Shown piece by piece: positions 17,727 through 28,292 of a stretch of 43,801 bases of DNA. The stretch lies in the IMG/VR virus record IMGVR_UViG_3300017589_000085, positions 1-43,801 of that record; one strand, given 5' to 3'. Position 1 is the first letter of the stretch. Every line of letters begins with the position of its first letter. The position numbers and the translations under genes are program-made. The notes under the pieces were generated by a model that saw only the letters and a list, made by a program, of their open reading frames with translations, had not been told where the DNA came from and did not search any database. This DNA is from a virus (Duplodnaviria > Caudoviricetes).

Positions 17727-18471
17727 ACTTGACGATATACCCATTTCGAATTATGGTGCACAGCCAGCACTGTCGGGTCAATACTTTGCACTTCATGGAA
17801 TACTGGACTTGCCTAAACGATTAGGAAAAACAGAGCATGACTGGGGAACGACTATTGAACCATTTGTTCAGGATCAAGATATTGAGCTTGATGGTCGAAT
17901 GCTTACACTCCATGCGGTTATGGAACCTGGAGACCTTGAAGCTTTTAAATCGGCTTGTATTTCATGTAAGGTCATTTCAACCGAATACGATTCATATAAT
18001 GTGGTTTGCAAGGATGAAATAATGGTGCATAATGTTGGTAATTATCTATTTACTCAGGTTGATTTTTGGCAAAACGATTTTGTATTAAAACCTATTACGA
18101 TTATCCCTTCCGGATCCGGCTTGTTTCGACTGGATGATTTCGATTTACGGAATGATTTTGGAATAATTATCGCTCAAAGCAATAATATATTGAATACAGC
18201 CAAAAGAATTGAGGTAGGTACTACTGAATTCTATGAAAAGACTAATTACAGAGGATTAAGAGAGATAAACCTCAGATGTTCGATGATTGGTAACAGTTTT
18301 GCAGATGTGTATGATAAAATAAGCCAATTTGAAGCTGTAATGATGTCGTCAGGAATGCATGTTCTAACTCTACAGAATAAAGCATTCAACGTATATTTTA
18401 AAGATGGATTAACGGTTGATGTTGTGTTAAACAACATTCTAAAATTTACCATTAAAGCAATAAGCGTGTGA
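17716..18471 (+). CDS. Distal-tail (Dit)-like protein with an internal duplication
   Basis: Two related halves (YKLDDIPISNYG and FRLDDFDLRNDFG); lies between the tape measure and hub genes. Confidence 0.6.
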   Translation: MNYKLDDIPISNYGAQPALSGQYFALHGILDLPKRLGKTEHDWGTTIEPFVQDQDIELDGRMLTLHAVMEPGDLEAFKSACISCKVISTEYDSYNVVCKDEIMVHNVGNYLFTQVDFWQNDFVLKPITIIPSGSGLFRLDDFDLRNDFGIIIAQSNNILNTAKRIEVGTTEFYEKTNYRGLREINLRCSMIGNSFADVYDKISQFEAVMMSSGMHVLTLQNKAFNVYFKDGLTVDVVLNNILKFTIKAISV

Positions 18472-20597
18472 TAACGATTTACAGAGATATAGAGAGTGTT
18501 CAGACTGAAATAGTTAAGATTTCAGATAAAAATGCGGTTCCAAAAACTGCAATAATGGGTCTTGATGAAATTCAGGTTTCTGTTATTGTTGATAGTGCCC
18601 TTAATATATCAGAGGGTGACTATATGCTTCATAACAATGTCAGATATACTTTGAACCGTGATGTTGAATATGAAATTGAATCAGAAGTTAAATACTCCTA
18701 TGATCTTATTTTCGAACATCCTCAATATACCCTGATCAATAAACTTCTTGTAAACAAAATAACCGGATCAACAAACTTTACATTAACAGGAAAACTTATC
18801 GATTTCGTTTCTTTGGTTGTTTGGTGTGTGAATAAATCAGCTGAAAATCCTGATGGAGTTGATACAGGTTGGTCGGTTGGAAATATTATCGACACAGAAT
18901 ACAAGACAATTACAATAAGTGATATCGATTGTAGGGAATCGTTGAAATTGTTTGCTAAAGAATTCGATGCTGAATATCATTTTCCAGGCATCGGAAAGAC
19001 TATCAATTTTGTAGAGCGGATCGAGAATGTCACAGCATTTGTTTTCGAACAAGGTAGAGAGAAAGGCTTATACAAAGTTAACCAGCGAAATGTTGACAAA
19101 GAAGATACCGTTACAAGAGTGTATGTAAGAGGGGGTAATAAAAATGTGCCATTTCAGTATGCAGATGAAGAGGGCTATCTGAAATTACCTGAAAACTATC
19201 TTGAAAACTTTACCGAACGCAATAAGGTTGTTGAACGAAAAATGAAGTTTGAGGAAGAATTTCCTCACTTCTTAGGAGCAGTTGCAACTGTATCGGGAGA
19301 AAATAACAAGGTGCTTACTTGTCCGGCTATTGATTTCGATATTCAAGCCATTGCCGTTGGAGATACAGCAAGGATAAATTTCCTCACAGGTGATTTAATG
19401 GGTAATTCGTTTGAGTTTACCTGGGATAATGCCTTAAAGCAAATTACACTTATTTCCAAAGATGACGAAACGGCTCTTCCGGATGCGGATGGAGTTAAAC
19501 CGACTATTCCATCATCTTTGAAAAAAGCAAAAACAGGGGATGAATTCAATTTCACCGGATTGATCATGCCGCAATCGTATGTGAATGCATCAATCATCAG
19601 GTTGCGTGCAAAAGGTTTGAAATGGCTTGAATTCTATTCAAAGAAACGAGTAAAATTCACGATTGATATTGATCACAGGTGGATGCGTGATAAGGATGAT
19701 CTCAAAGTCGGCGATTTGGTTGTTATTTCAATTCCTCAAAGATCATTTTCTCAGGTTATCCGCATTACACAACTTGAACATAATCTTAATACAGGTGCTA
19801 TCTCTGCTACTGTATCCAACTATCTTGAAGATAGCTGGGATAAATATTTAAAAGATAAAATCAAGCAGGCAGAAAAAACGATTAAGGAAAATAATGAAGC
19901 TCTTAACGATAAAAGCGATAAAGCATTAGCAGATGCAAATAAGGCTTTGACGGATATATTGACAGCACAAGGAAATATTTCAGAACTTGAAACAGAGGTA
20001 ACGAAAATCAATAATGAAACCCTTGTAGCATTAGAAGACAGTTTAATTTCAGAAGCTGAAAGGCGTTCGTTATATGCTACTTATTTGCGGTTAGATGTAG
20101 AGCAAGAGCAACTGCTTTCCAATGTAGACTATGCGATTAACAGTATCTATATGCCAATGATTTACAAGGATAAGTTATCAGGGATATCGGACAAATTGCT
20201 GGCAATTGATGGATCATTAGATCAATATCAAAAAGCCATTAATGCGATATTAGATCATACAGATCCGCATGTCACTGAATATGAAAGAGCGGAATATGAT
20301 AGAACCTTCGCTATTTATTCACGTGATCATAAATCATTGGTAAATGCACTTCGTGATTCACGTTTAGCAATTGATGCCGAAATTAAGCGTTTGGCAAACA
20401 AAAAAGTTGAAACGGTTGAAGGTGGGAAAAACCTTATTCGTAATTATGATTTACGCTGGGGATTTGATTTTTGGGGTGGTGTGGGTGAATTTGTTGAAGT
20501 GGATCTTGACACTATCCAAATATTGAATATAAAGGGATTGGCAGATGACGGCAGTCTTATTGGTGATGAAAATGGAAATATAATACAATTAGTATGA
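18468..20597 (+). CDS. Tail hub/Tal-like protein with a coiled-coil extension
   Basis: TAIMGLDEI, GREKGLYKV, VTRVYVRGGNKN, FLTGDLMG and IRITQLE motifs of Bacteroidales prophage tail proteins, followed by a coiled coil. Confidence 0.8.
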   Translation: MITIYRDIESVQTEIVKISDKNAVPKTAIMGLDEIQVSVIVDSALNISEGDYMLHNNVRYTLNRDVEYEIESEVKYSYDLIFEHPQYTLINKLLVNKITGSTNFTLTGKLIDFVSLVVWCVNKSAENPDGVDTGWSVGNIIDTEYKTITISDIDCRESLKLFAKEFDAEYHFPGIGKTINFVERIENVTAFVFEQGREKGLYKVNQRNVDKEDTVTRVYVRGGNKNVPFQYADEEGYLKLPENYLENFTERNKVVERKMKFEEEFPHFLGAVATVSGENNKVLTCPAIDFDIQAIAVGDTARINFLTGDLMGNSFEFTWDNALKQITLISKDDETALPDADGVKPTIPSSLKKAKTGDEFNFTGLIMPQSYVNASIIRLRAKGLKWLEFYSKKRVKFTIDIDHRWMRDKDDLKVGDLVVISIPQRSFSQVIRITQLEHNLNTGAISATVSNYLEDSWDKYLKDKIKQAEKTIKENNEALNDKSDKALADANKALTDILTAQGNISELETEVTKINNETLVALEDSLISEAERRSLYATYLRLDVEQEQLLSNVDYAINSIYMPMIYKDKLSGISDKLLAIDGSLDQYQKAINAILDHTDPHVTEYERAEYDRTFAIYSRDHKSLVNALRDSRLAIDAEIKRLANKKVETVEGGKNLIRNYDLRWGFDFWGGVGEFVEVDLDTIQILNIKGLADDGSLIGDENGNIIQLV

Positions 20598-21016
20598 GCA
20601 TAAAAAGATTAGATGATCCTACGATACCTCAAGCATCAACATTAGTTGGGCTTATCATATATGGAATGCAAGGCGGACAGACAGTACAAGTACTTCCTCC
20701 GCTGTTAGAGGGCACAGACGGAATTAATGGAGTAAATGGGAAGTCTACGTACCAGGTAGCTGTTGACAATGGTTTTGTAGGGACACAGGCTCAATGGCTT
20801 GCATCATTAGTAGGAAAAAGTGCTTATGAGGATTGGCTGGCGAGTGGTAAAACCGGAACATTTCAGAATTTCCTAGATGATATCGTAAAAACAGTCAATC
20901 TGCTTATTCCTCAAACGCTCACAGATGCGCAGAAAACACAGGCAAGAACAAATATCAATGCCGTTACTGTAACAGCAGTTGCGGATATAAATGATTATGC
21001 GGAGGTAATGATATGA
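20594..21016 (+). CDS. Short tail fibre/adaptor protein
   Basis: GKSTYQVAVDNGFVGTQAQWLASLVGKSAYE repeat and QTLTDAQKTQARTNI fibre motif. Confidence 0.75.
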   Translation: MSIKRLDDPTIPQASTLVGLIIYGMQGGQTVQVLPPLLEGTDGINGVNGKSTYQVAVDNGFVGTQAQWLASLVGKSAYEDWLASGKTGTFQNFLDDIVKTVNLLIPQTLTDAQKTQARTNINAVTVTAVADINDYAEVMI

Positions 21017-21588
21017 AAATAAGAGATGGTAATGATTTCAAATTGAATTGGGCATTGATAAGAGGTGGAGTTGTAGAAGATATATCGGGTCTTTTGTCAG
21101 GCAAGCTGTTGTTACGTCATTTCAGAGAAGTGACTGAAATAAAAGAAAAAGATTACAAGATAACTGGAAATATTATCTCCATTGAATTCAAGAAAGGAGT
21201 ATATACAGATACAGGTGATTACAATCTTGAATTTCATTATGTACTTCCTGATATAACGTTTTCAGATGGACAAAAAGCATGTGCAGTCGATGTCAATTCA
21301 TTCACGATTGTATCAAAAACAGAACAGGCAGATGATCCTTCAGAATTCACTATTACGAGTGATTTGGCTATTGCTTTTCAAGGCAAAGATGCTCATCAGT
21401 TATGGATCGAACTTGGAAATGTAGGAACAATTGAAGATTATCAAGCATGGTTGCGTGAACCATCTGTAACTGCCGGGGCGTATGCAGTAGTGCAAGGAGA
21501 TTATGCAAAACAGCAAGGAGATTACATTTCCGGCTTACAAATTCTAAACACAGTAGAATATTTACCAACAGAATTTAACGAAGTATAA
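21013..21588 (+). CDS. BppU-like baseplate/fibre adaptor protein
   Basis: IRDGNDF N-terminal beta domain; GKDAHQLWIELGNVGTIEDYQAWL and QGDYAKQQGDY motifs. Confidence 0.65.
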   Translation: MKIRDGNDFKLNWALIRGGVVEDISGLLSGKLLLRHFREVTEIKEKDYKITGNIISIEFKKGVYTDTGDYNLEFHYVLPDITFSDGQKACAVDVNSFTIVSKTEQADDPSEFTITSDLAIAFQGKDAHQLWIELGNVGTIEDYQAWLREPSVTAGAYAVVQGDYAKQQGDYISGLQILNTVEYLPTEFNEV

Positions 21589-21590
21589 AT

Positions 21591-23834
21591 ATGGCAAAAA
21601 TTAATAAACTTAAAAAAGATGTCGCAGGCGTATCGACAACGATATATCCAGTCACAATTCCACAAGCTGTGGTTGATCCGATTAGTGGTAAAACGGCAAG
21701 AACTGAGCTTGATGAAAAGGCTGATCATGGCTACACATCAAGTCCTAAAACGCTCAAACAAGTAGAAGATAATACAAAACTATCCGTTCAAAAGAATACA
21801 GAACAAATAGATAACTTGACAAATGTTTTAGGCAATATTGGAGATGATAAGATTTCAGCAGTTGGCTATCAAACAGTTTCATTTCCTAAAAATTCCACGG
21901 GGCACGCTGACATAAAACTTGAAGGGCTGACGGCAGAAAATCTAATTGTTAATGGTGATTTTAGGAATGGATTAATGGGGTGGAATAATTTTGATAATAG
22001 ATTGGATATTACAGTTAATGTTGGTAGTATAACAGCCTCATCGACTGTGGATAATTCAAGGATACAAAAAGACCTTACTGGGAAAACAAAAATTGGCAGC
22101 AAATGGTACTATTATGCCAATGTGAAAGCCTCATCTAGCTTAGTCGATTTAAGAGACGCAATTTACACCAGTCTGGCTGGAGCGCAACATAGTGGAAATG
22201 GTTTATTTCAGAGATTAAGTATTATCCATACTCCATCTAATAATAACATTTTCCCATCTATTTGGATTGGCAATGGTCAAACAGCGGAAATAGAATATAT
22301 TTCTGCTATCGACCTTACTACTCTTTTCGGTTTCGGAAACGAACCCGGCTTGGCAACTTGCGACGCAATGTTTTCGAGTTATTTCGAGGGCAAGAAATCA
22401 TTTTTGCCGACGGGGAGATTAAGAAGCATTGGAAAGAATATTGTTTCATATGATTTATGCAAGAAACAAAAATCATCCTATGTTCAGGTAGTGGTTAAAG
22501 ATGGCAGGGAGTGTTTGAGCTGGCAAAATTTAACTAATGGAAGCAATGTATCATTATTCAAAGGAACATTTAAGCCAAATCAGGTATACACAATTAGTGG
22601 ATATTTTGCCAAAACTGCTGGTACTACGTTCTTGTTTCGCATAGTATACACAGATGACACATATACGAGCTTCAATGCTGGCGTTGTAGGAAGCGCACTT
22701 GATTTCGCATATTTAACATTTACAAGTCAGGCGGGCAAGACAATAGATAGACTTTCAGGCTCTTGGCAGAATGGTACTTATACTTTCATTGATATAAACA
22801 CTTTGCAAATAAATGAGGGTAGCACGGCAATTCCTTACGAACCTTATCAAGAATCAAAATTGTATATCAATGCTCCTGAACTGCGGAGCAATGGACTTGT
22901 CAAAGACGAAATAAGGAAAGGAGCGAACGGATATGAGTTGGTTAAGAGGATTGGTAGTGGTACGGTAGGAAGTGAACTAATTACCAACGCAGCTGATAGA
23001 GAATTTACAAGTGATACTGGCTGGTGGGGAAAAGATACTAATTGGAGCATAGATACAGTAAATGGCGTTGCGAAGTCTGACGGTAGCGTATTGGGTTATT
23101 TAAGAGCAGGTTTAAATGTTACGATAGGTAGTTGGTATATAGTTTCATTTAACGTAAAAGCATTAAGTGGAGGAGTGATAGTCACATCTGGTTGGACAAC
23201 CAACTCAAATCTTACCATAACCACAACAGGATTCAAAAAGGTTTTGATAAAAGCATCAACCGTGTTAATGAACTTTAATACAAGCGCCTCAAGCACGGTC
23301 TCAATAGATGATATTTCAATCAGATTATTGACACTTAATGAAATTAATGCTATTGCAGGTATATGTACCGAGTTTTCAGATAGTGCAATTTTGTACACTC
23401 TCGAAGCTCCTACAATCACCCCCATCCAATCATCAGGCTTATTAACAGCGGAAGGTAATGGCACAGTATATCAAGAGCAAGCGTTAGCCGATGCCGGAAT
23501 CTACACAGACAAAATGAGTATTCTGAAAAAGGACTTCCCGATATCTACACTTGAAGAGATTAAAGTCATAGGAAATGACGGAAGTGAAACGTATTTAGAT
23601 GTATCGGCAGCAGTAATTTCATCTGACAAATTAAGTTTTACACACCCAAATTTAGCAATTGGAAATTTAGTGTTCTTTACATATTTTTTCGATCAAGAGA
23701 AAGTAAATGGGAAATTAACTGTAAATAGTTACAACAATGCTAACGTGAAACTTGATACAACTAACGGAAAATATTACAAGGTAGAATATACCGTAACAAA
23801 TGGAGTACCTACTTTAAAAGCCACAGAAGTTTAA
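21591..23834 (+). CDS. Receptor-binding/tail fibre protein with several carbohydrate-binding-like modules
   Basis: IYPVTIPQAV anchor; NLIVNGDF...W, GKNIV...LQINEGSTAIPYEPY and GSELITN...SIDDISIR modules. Confidence 0.75.
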   Translation: MAKINKLKKDVAGVSTTIYPVTIPQAVVDPISGKTARTELDEKADHGYTSSPKTLKQVEDNTKLSVQKNTEQIDNLTNVLGNIGDDKISAVGYQTVSFPKNSTGHADIKLEGLTAENLIVNGDFRNGLMGWNNFDNRLDITVNVGSITASSTVDNSRIQKDLTGKTKIGSKWYYYANVKASSSLVDLRDAIYTSLAGAQHSGNGLFQRLSIIHTPSNNNIFPSIWIGNGQTAEIEYISAIDLTTLFGFGNEPGLATCDAMFSSYFEGKKSFLPTGRLRSIGKNIVSYDLCKKQKSSYVQVVVKDGRECLSWQNLTNGSNVSLFKGTFKPNQVYTISGYFAKTAGTTFLFRIVYTDDTYTSFNAGVVGSALDFAYLTFTSQAGKTIDRLSGSWQNGTYTFIDINTLQINEGSTAIPYEPYQESKLYINAPELRSNGLVKDEIRKGANGYELVKRIGSGTVGSELITNAADREFTSDTGWWGKDTNWSIDTVNGVAKSDGSVLGYLRAGLNVTIGSWYIVSFNVKALSGGVIVTSGWTTNSNLTITTTGFKKVLIKASTVLMNFNTSASSTVSIDDISIRLLTLNEINAIAGICTEFSDSAILYTLEAPTITPIQSSGLLTAEGNGTVYQEQALADAGIYTDKMSILKKDFPISTLEEIKVIGNDGSETYLDVSAAVISSDKLSFTHPNLAIGNLVFFTYFFDQEKVNGKLTVNSYNNANVKLDTTNGKYYKVEYTVTNGVPTLKATEV

Positions 23835-23851
23835 TCATTAAAAAAACAGTC

Positions 23852-23971
23852 ATGGAAGTATATATAAAAGTTCTAATCGAAAGAATAGAAAACGGCGAAA
23901 ATCAGTTGAGTGACTTTCCTCAATTCATACAGGAATTGATCACAGAACAACAAAGCAAAGACACGGTATGA
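23852..23971 (+). CDS. 39-aa CD1375/XkdX-like microprotein, not in the ORF track
   Basis: MEVYIKVLIERIENGENQLSDFPQFIQELITEQQSKDTV*; ATGA overlap with the next gene; typical position after a fibre gene. Confidence 0.6.
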   Translation: MEVYIKVLIERIENGENQLSDFPQFIQELITEQQSKDTV

Positions 23972-24192
23972 TACCAAAAGATAAGTTATATCACCTTATA
24001 GCCGGATTCATCATATCTCTAATTTTCGGATTGATCAGCCCATTAGCTGGGCTGGTCACCTCAATTGGAGCAGGAGCCGCCAAAGAGGTGATCTATGACA
24101 AGCTTATGAAAAGAGGTTGTTTTGAACGCCTTGATTTTATCGCAACCGCTTTTGGTGGAGTTATCGCTTATATAATAATTATCATATTATGA
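23968..24192 (+). CDS. Small membrane protein (VanZ/DUF2279-like)
   Basis: DKLYHLIAG...AAKEVIYD...DFIATAFGG with three hydrophobic segments. Confidence 0.75.
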   Translation: MIPKDKLYHLIAGFIISLIFGLISPLAGLVTSIGAGAAKEVIYDKLMKRGCFERLDFIATAFGGVIAYIIIIIL

Positions 24193-24515
24193 AAATAATA
24201 AGAAACAAATACATTCCATTCACATGGTTCAAGACAATTAACCTCTTAGGGATCCTCTTCGTTCGCAAAAATGCGAGCCTGAGCTCGTTTGACATCAACC
24301 ACGAAGCCATTCACACTGCTCAGATAAAAGAACTTTTATATATTTTCTTTTATCTGTGGTACCTGGTTGAATGGATCATAAAAGTAGTGAAATACAAAGA
24401 TGTTAATAAAGCATATAGAAATATTTCATTTGAAAAAGAAGCTTATATCTATGATTATGATAACGAATATCTTAAAAATAGAAGCTTTTGGGAATTTACG
24501 AAATACATAAAATAA
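24189..24515 (+). CDS. Small HExxH (zincin-like) membrane-associated protein
   Basis: INHEAIHTAQ...FFYLWYLVEW...AYRNISFEKEAY. Confidence 0.8.
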   Translation: MKIIRNKYIPFTWFKTINLLGILFVRKNASLSSFDINHEAIHTAQIKELLYIFFYLWYLVEWIIKVVKYKDVNKAYRNISFEKEAYIYDYDNEYLKNRSFWEFTKYIK

Positions 24516-24528
24516 CGAACGATAAAAG

Positions 24529-27500
24529 ATGAAAGGACTTGTATCAACACGAAAGGATCAATATATTCAAACTGGCGTTTGGAAGAAAGGAACATATACA
24601 TTTCAAGCAATAGTTAGCAGCAGTTGCGGATATGCTTTTGCATTTCAATATGCTGATCTAACATGGAAAGTTATAGACGTTTCCTGGCAGGTGCAAGCTG
24701 GCGATTATTGCGAGGTGCAAGAAACATTTACACTTGATCAGGATGCTGTAGCTCTTTCGATTGTTGCTAATGAGGTCACAGGTCAGGTCGTTGTCGTTCG
24801 TATGATGCTGGAGCAAGGAACCAACAAAAGCACTCCAATTGCTCACGAGGAAGATTTACGAGGTATGGATGGTGACAATCACGAGTTCATATTTACTCGT
24901 AATAATACCGGTATTGCACCTGAAACACCTTTATCAACACAAGATGATGATCTTGAACCTGAAGGGTGGACGGATAATCCACAAGGTGTTACAAAGGAAT
25001 TGCCGTATGAGTTCGTTTCTATGCGTGAGAAGAAAAACGCTGTTTGGCTCGATTTCTCTCCACCATCTGTATGGGCGAGATATGCAGATGATGGTATTTC
25101 TGTTCAGTTATATGTACAGGGACATTTCAAATCTCATTGGGAAAATGGATCCAAAATAATAGAAATAGCAGGTGGAGAAATTATTGATAACGTTGAATAT
25201 GTTAAGGTAACAGCAAAATTCCGAAAAGGAGAAGCAGATGTTACAGCGGATGCCTTAACAAGCAAAGGCTTTATCTGGTATGTGAACGATATACAATATG
25301 CAGTAGATGCAGCAAGCATATTATTAGATGTTACTTACGCAGATGGCAATTCAGATTTTGTTAAGTTAAGTTATTTAGTAGGCACGGAAAGAGAAACTGT
25401 ACAAGCAGAAGTGATCGATGTGTCGGATGGTGCAGACGGTGCAGATGGAGCAGACGGTATCAATCCAGTAATATATTCATTACTTCCAACTGTAAGCAAT
25501 ATTAAAAAAGATAAAAATGGAAATTATGATGTTACTACAATTTCGTGTAAATTGTTAAAAAATGATGGAAATGTAACTACTGAATTGTCATCTAATCCAA
25601 CTGGTTATCAATTGGTATTTTCACTTAACGGTCAACCTGGTGATGGTAATATTAATCCTAACACCGTAATTCAAACTTCAGAAATTGCCAGTAAAATAGA
25701 ATTTAAGTTTTATAAAACAGGCACCACATGGCAATTATTAGATAGCGAAACAGTACCGGTCATTATAGATGGATCAGATACAATAACAGCCGATCTTGAC
25801 AATTCAATGGCTTCGTATAAGACAGATGCAAACGGGACTGTTACATCAGGATTACCTATTGTTTCAACATTTGTTCTTTCAAAGGGATCAACATCCCTTA
25901 CACTAACTACCTTGTCTGTAACGCCAATAAGTGGGGTAACAGTAACTGCAAACAAAGATACAGGTAAAGTAACCGTTTCGGCTATAGATCCATTAGTAGC
26001 AGATGTTATTAACTTGCAGATAACGGGTACAAGTGGCGCAATAAGCAAAACTCTCGTATTAACTATTAACAGGATTAAAGACGGTGCTAAAGGCGAGGAT
26101 GGAAACGGGATTGTATCAACAGTAGTACAATATGCTATCAGCACAAGCGGAACGGTAATACCAGCATCAGGATGGACTTCTACAATACCAACGCCAATAC
26201 AAGGGCGATATCTATGGACGAGAACAACAATAAATTATAAAGTACCACCATCTAAAGTATCGTATTCTGTATCGTATTATGCGACAGACGGGGTAAGTGG
26301 GTCAGGTTCAGAAACAAGATATCGTTTGGGAAGTACAAATCCAGCCACGCCAACAGGTGATAATCCTTCAGGATGGCTTCTTTCAGCCCCATCTCCTACA
26401 TCATCTCAAATGTATGCGTATATGAGTACACGTACAAGGCCACAAGGTGGTGCTTGGACTGTTTGGTCACCACCCGAAGTTTATACCAGATATGTTGAAA
26501 ACGGAACGACAGGTAAAGGCGTAGCAAGTGTGGTTAATTGGTATTACAAATCAAGCTCAATATCATCATTGGCGAATGGTTCATGGTCTACTGCTAAACC
26601 TGATTATTCAAATTCTTTTTATTTGTGGACTAAAACAATAACTACTTATACAGATAGTTCAACATCTGAAACTCCGGCAATTCTTGATCCTGAATGGCAT
26701 AAAGTACAGGCAATAACAGACAAATTCGGAACAACTATTAATAATGGGCTTGTAACCACAGTACGTGTTGATCTTAGAGAAGCCAATAGTACGGAAGTCA
26801 CAGCCGGGTTCAACGGCATCCAAAAAACGAATGTTGCCACATACACAGAATTTGAATTCGGATTATCATCTCTAAATTCAATTCCTCCCAGTTCGTGGCA
26901 AGAAACTCCACCAACCAGAACCGCAGGTTATTATCTTTGGATGCGATTTGGGACAGGAGCAGGCGACACCAAACCAACATCCTGGACAAATCAATTAATA
27001 GAAGATGGTCTAAACAAATATATCGAATTATCAAGCGACCGCCTTTCATGGCACATAATGCCATTTGTTACCGGTAATCAATATATGCGTACAGTCGATG
27101 CCGGGGTTACATCCGATATCAAAAAGATCATTAACGAAAACGTTTCAGATACCCTACCAGCATTTTGGGCAGGTGGAAGATACGAACAAGCAGAGGCATT
27201 TAATGACTTTATGCAAAACTTCTATAATGGAACTTCTACTGCTGCTAATTACGACCAATTAGCCAACATCGTAATGATGCACAATGGACTATCCAAAATG
27301 GGCGATTTTATTGTTGACGAAAACGGTAATGTCATTATCGTTGATGCTGCAACAGGAAAAAAACGAATCTTATTTTCAGCCACAAATCTTCCTGATCTTG
27401 CCACATTATTAAGTACGATAGACACTGGGGAATCAGTTCCAAATAATGCCGTTGAAAATCCGAGTTTCAACCTTTTAAACGATATTAATGTAACCGTTGA

Positions 27501-28245
27501 TGGCGCTGATATAACATTCAAAACAGATGGTACAGGATTACAAAACCCTTATAGTTTATATGCTCAATACTCGTCAATCGACCCACCTTACGTAACAATA
27601 CAGAGCTACTTATATTTGATGAAAGATGGCGTTTATTACGACACCATAGGATTCTTAGAAATATCCAACGATAGCAATTCGACAAAAATGACTATTAATC
27701 GGTCATGGAGCAATTGTCCAAAAGGTGTGTATTCTGTCAGAGGAGAATTAGAACATTATGAGCCGGAACCGGGACTAACAATCACAAACATACAACACTC
27801 AATAGGAACTTCTACATTGAGCTGGAGTTTTGTTCAAACAGATGTAAGACGCTTTCAGTTTGGGCTAAATGGATTTATGGCGGTATATACTCTTTTGCAT
27901 TTATACATTTCGGAAACAGAAGGCATAGATATTAAGGGAAAGACAAATATGCCCGGGATACTTTTAAGTGCAACGGTGTCTTTAAGCGGTTCATTTGGCA
28001 ATTCGTGGGGTGCTAAAAAACATTTATCAAAAACAGCAGAAAAGGTTAGCGGATTGACGGGTACTTATGATATTTTTCACAGCATAGGACACACAAATTA
28101 TCAGATAACAGCCAATGCGTATGGCAACAAAACAGTATCCATATTAAGTAAATCAGTGGATAGTTGTAGAGTTGCAATTTATAACGGAACGACACTTATA
28201 GACAGTCAGTTTGATATAACGCTGACAGGGAACAATTACGCATAA
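24529..28245 (+). CDS. Large tail tip / host-specificity protein
   Basis: 1238 aa; DGADGADG linker, repeated W...P...YLWT[RK]T modules, WTDNPQGV module, TTINNGLV and PAFWAGG motifs, C-terminal beta domain. Confidence 0.85.
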   Translation: MKGLVSTRKDQYIQTGVWKKGTYTFQAIVSSSCGYAFAFQYADLTWKVIDVSWQVQAGDYCEVQETFTLDQDAVALSIVANEVTGQVVVVRMMLEQGTNKSTPIAHEEDLRGMDGDNHEFIFTRNNTGIAPETPLSTQDDDLEPEGWTDNPQGVTKELPYEFVSMREKKNAVWLDFSPPSVWARYADDGISVQLYVQGHFKSHWENGSKIIEIAGGEIIDNVEYVKVTAKFRKGEADVTADALTSKGFIWYVNDIQYAVDAASILLDVTYADGNSDFVKLSYLVGTERETVQAEVIDVSDGADGADGADGINPVIYSLLPTVSNIKKDKNGNYDVTTISCKLLKNDGNVTTELSSNPTGYQLVFSLNGQPGDGNINPNTVIQTSEIASKIEFKFYKTGTTWQLLDSETVPVIIDGSDTITADLDNSMASYKTDANGTVTSGLPIVSTFVLSKGSTSLTLTTLSVTPISGVTVTANKDTGKVTVSAIDPLVADVINLQITGTSGAISKTLVLTINRIKDGAKGEDGNGIVSTVVQYAISTSGTVIPASGWTSTIPTPIQGRYLWTRTTINYKVPPSKVSYSVSYYATDGVSGSGSETRYRLGSTNPATPTGDNPSGWLLSAPSPTSSQMYAYMSTRTRPQGGAWTVWSPPEVYTRYVENGTTGKGVASVVNWYYKSSSISSLANGSWSTAKPDYSNSFYLWTKTITTYTDSSTSETPAILDPEWHKVQAITDKFGTTINNGLVTTVRVDLREANSTEVTAGFNGIQKTNVATYTEFEFGLSSLNSIPPSSWQETPPTRTAGYYLWMRFGTGAGDTKPTSWTNQLIEDGLNKYIELSSDRLSWHIMPFVTGNQYMRTVDAGVTSDIKKIINENVSDTLPAFWAGGRYEQAEAFNDFMQNFYNGTSTAANYDQLANIVMMHNGLSKMGDFIVDENGNVIIVDAATGKKRILFSATNLPDLATLLSTIDTGESVPNNAVENPSFNLLNDINVTVDGADITFKTDGTGLQNPYSLYAQYSSIDPPYVTIQSYLYLMKDGVYYDTIGFLEISNDSNSTKMTINRSWSNCPKGVYSVRGELEHYEPEPGLTITNIQHSIGTSTLSWSFVQTDVRRFQFGLNGFMAVYTLLHLYISETEGIDIKGKTNMPGILLSATVSLSGSFGNSWGAKKHLSKTAEKVSGLTGTYDIFHSIGHTNYQITANAYGNKTVSILSKSVDSCRVAIYNGTTLIDSQFDITLTGNNYA

Positions 28246-28269
28246 AAAAAAGCCCCAGGTGAGGGGCTT
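28244..28269 (-). terminator. Intrinsic terminator of the lipoprotein gene, possibly bidirectional
   Basis: AAGCCCC/GGGGCTT stem with an A8 run on its left, read as U8 on the minus strand. Confidence 0.7.
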
Positions 28270-28292
28270 AAAGAGTTCTTTGAAATGTTGTT

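Noticed and set aside
25425-25460. GATGGTGCAGACGGTGCAGATGGAGCAGACGGT tandem repeat
   Set aside because: It encodes an ordinary DGADGADG collagen-like linker in the tail protein.
18468-28245. Diversity-generating retroelement or invertible shufflon acting on the tail genes
   Set aside because: No reverse transcriptase, second recombinase, TR/VR-like near-duplicate or inverted crossover repeats seen by eye. One could still lie outside the window; a self dot-plot would settle it.
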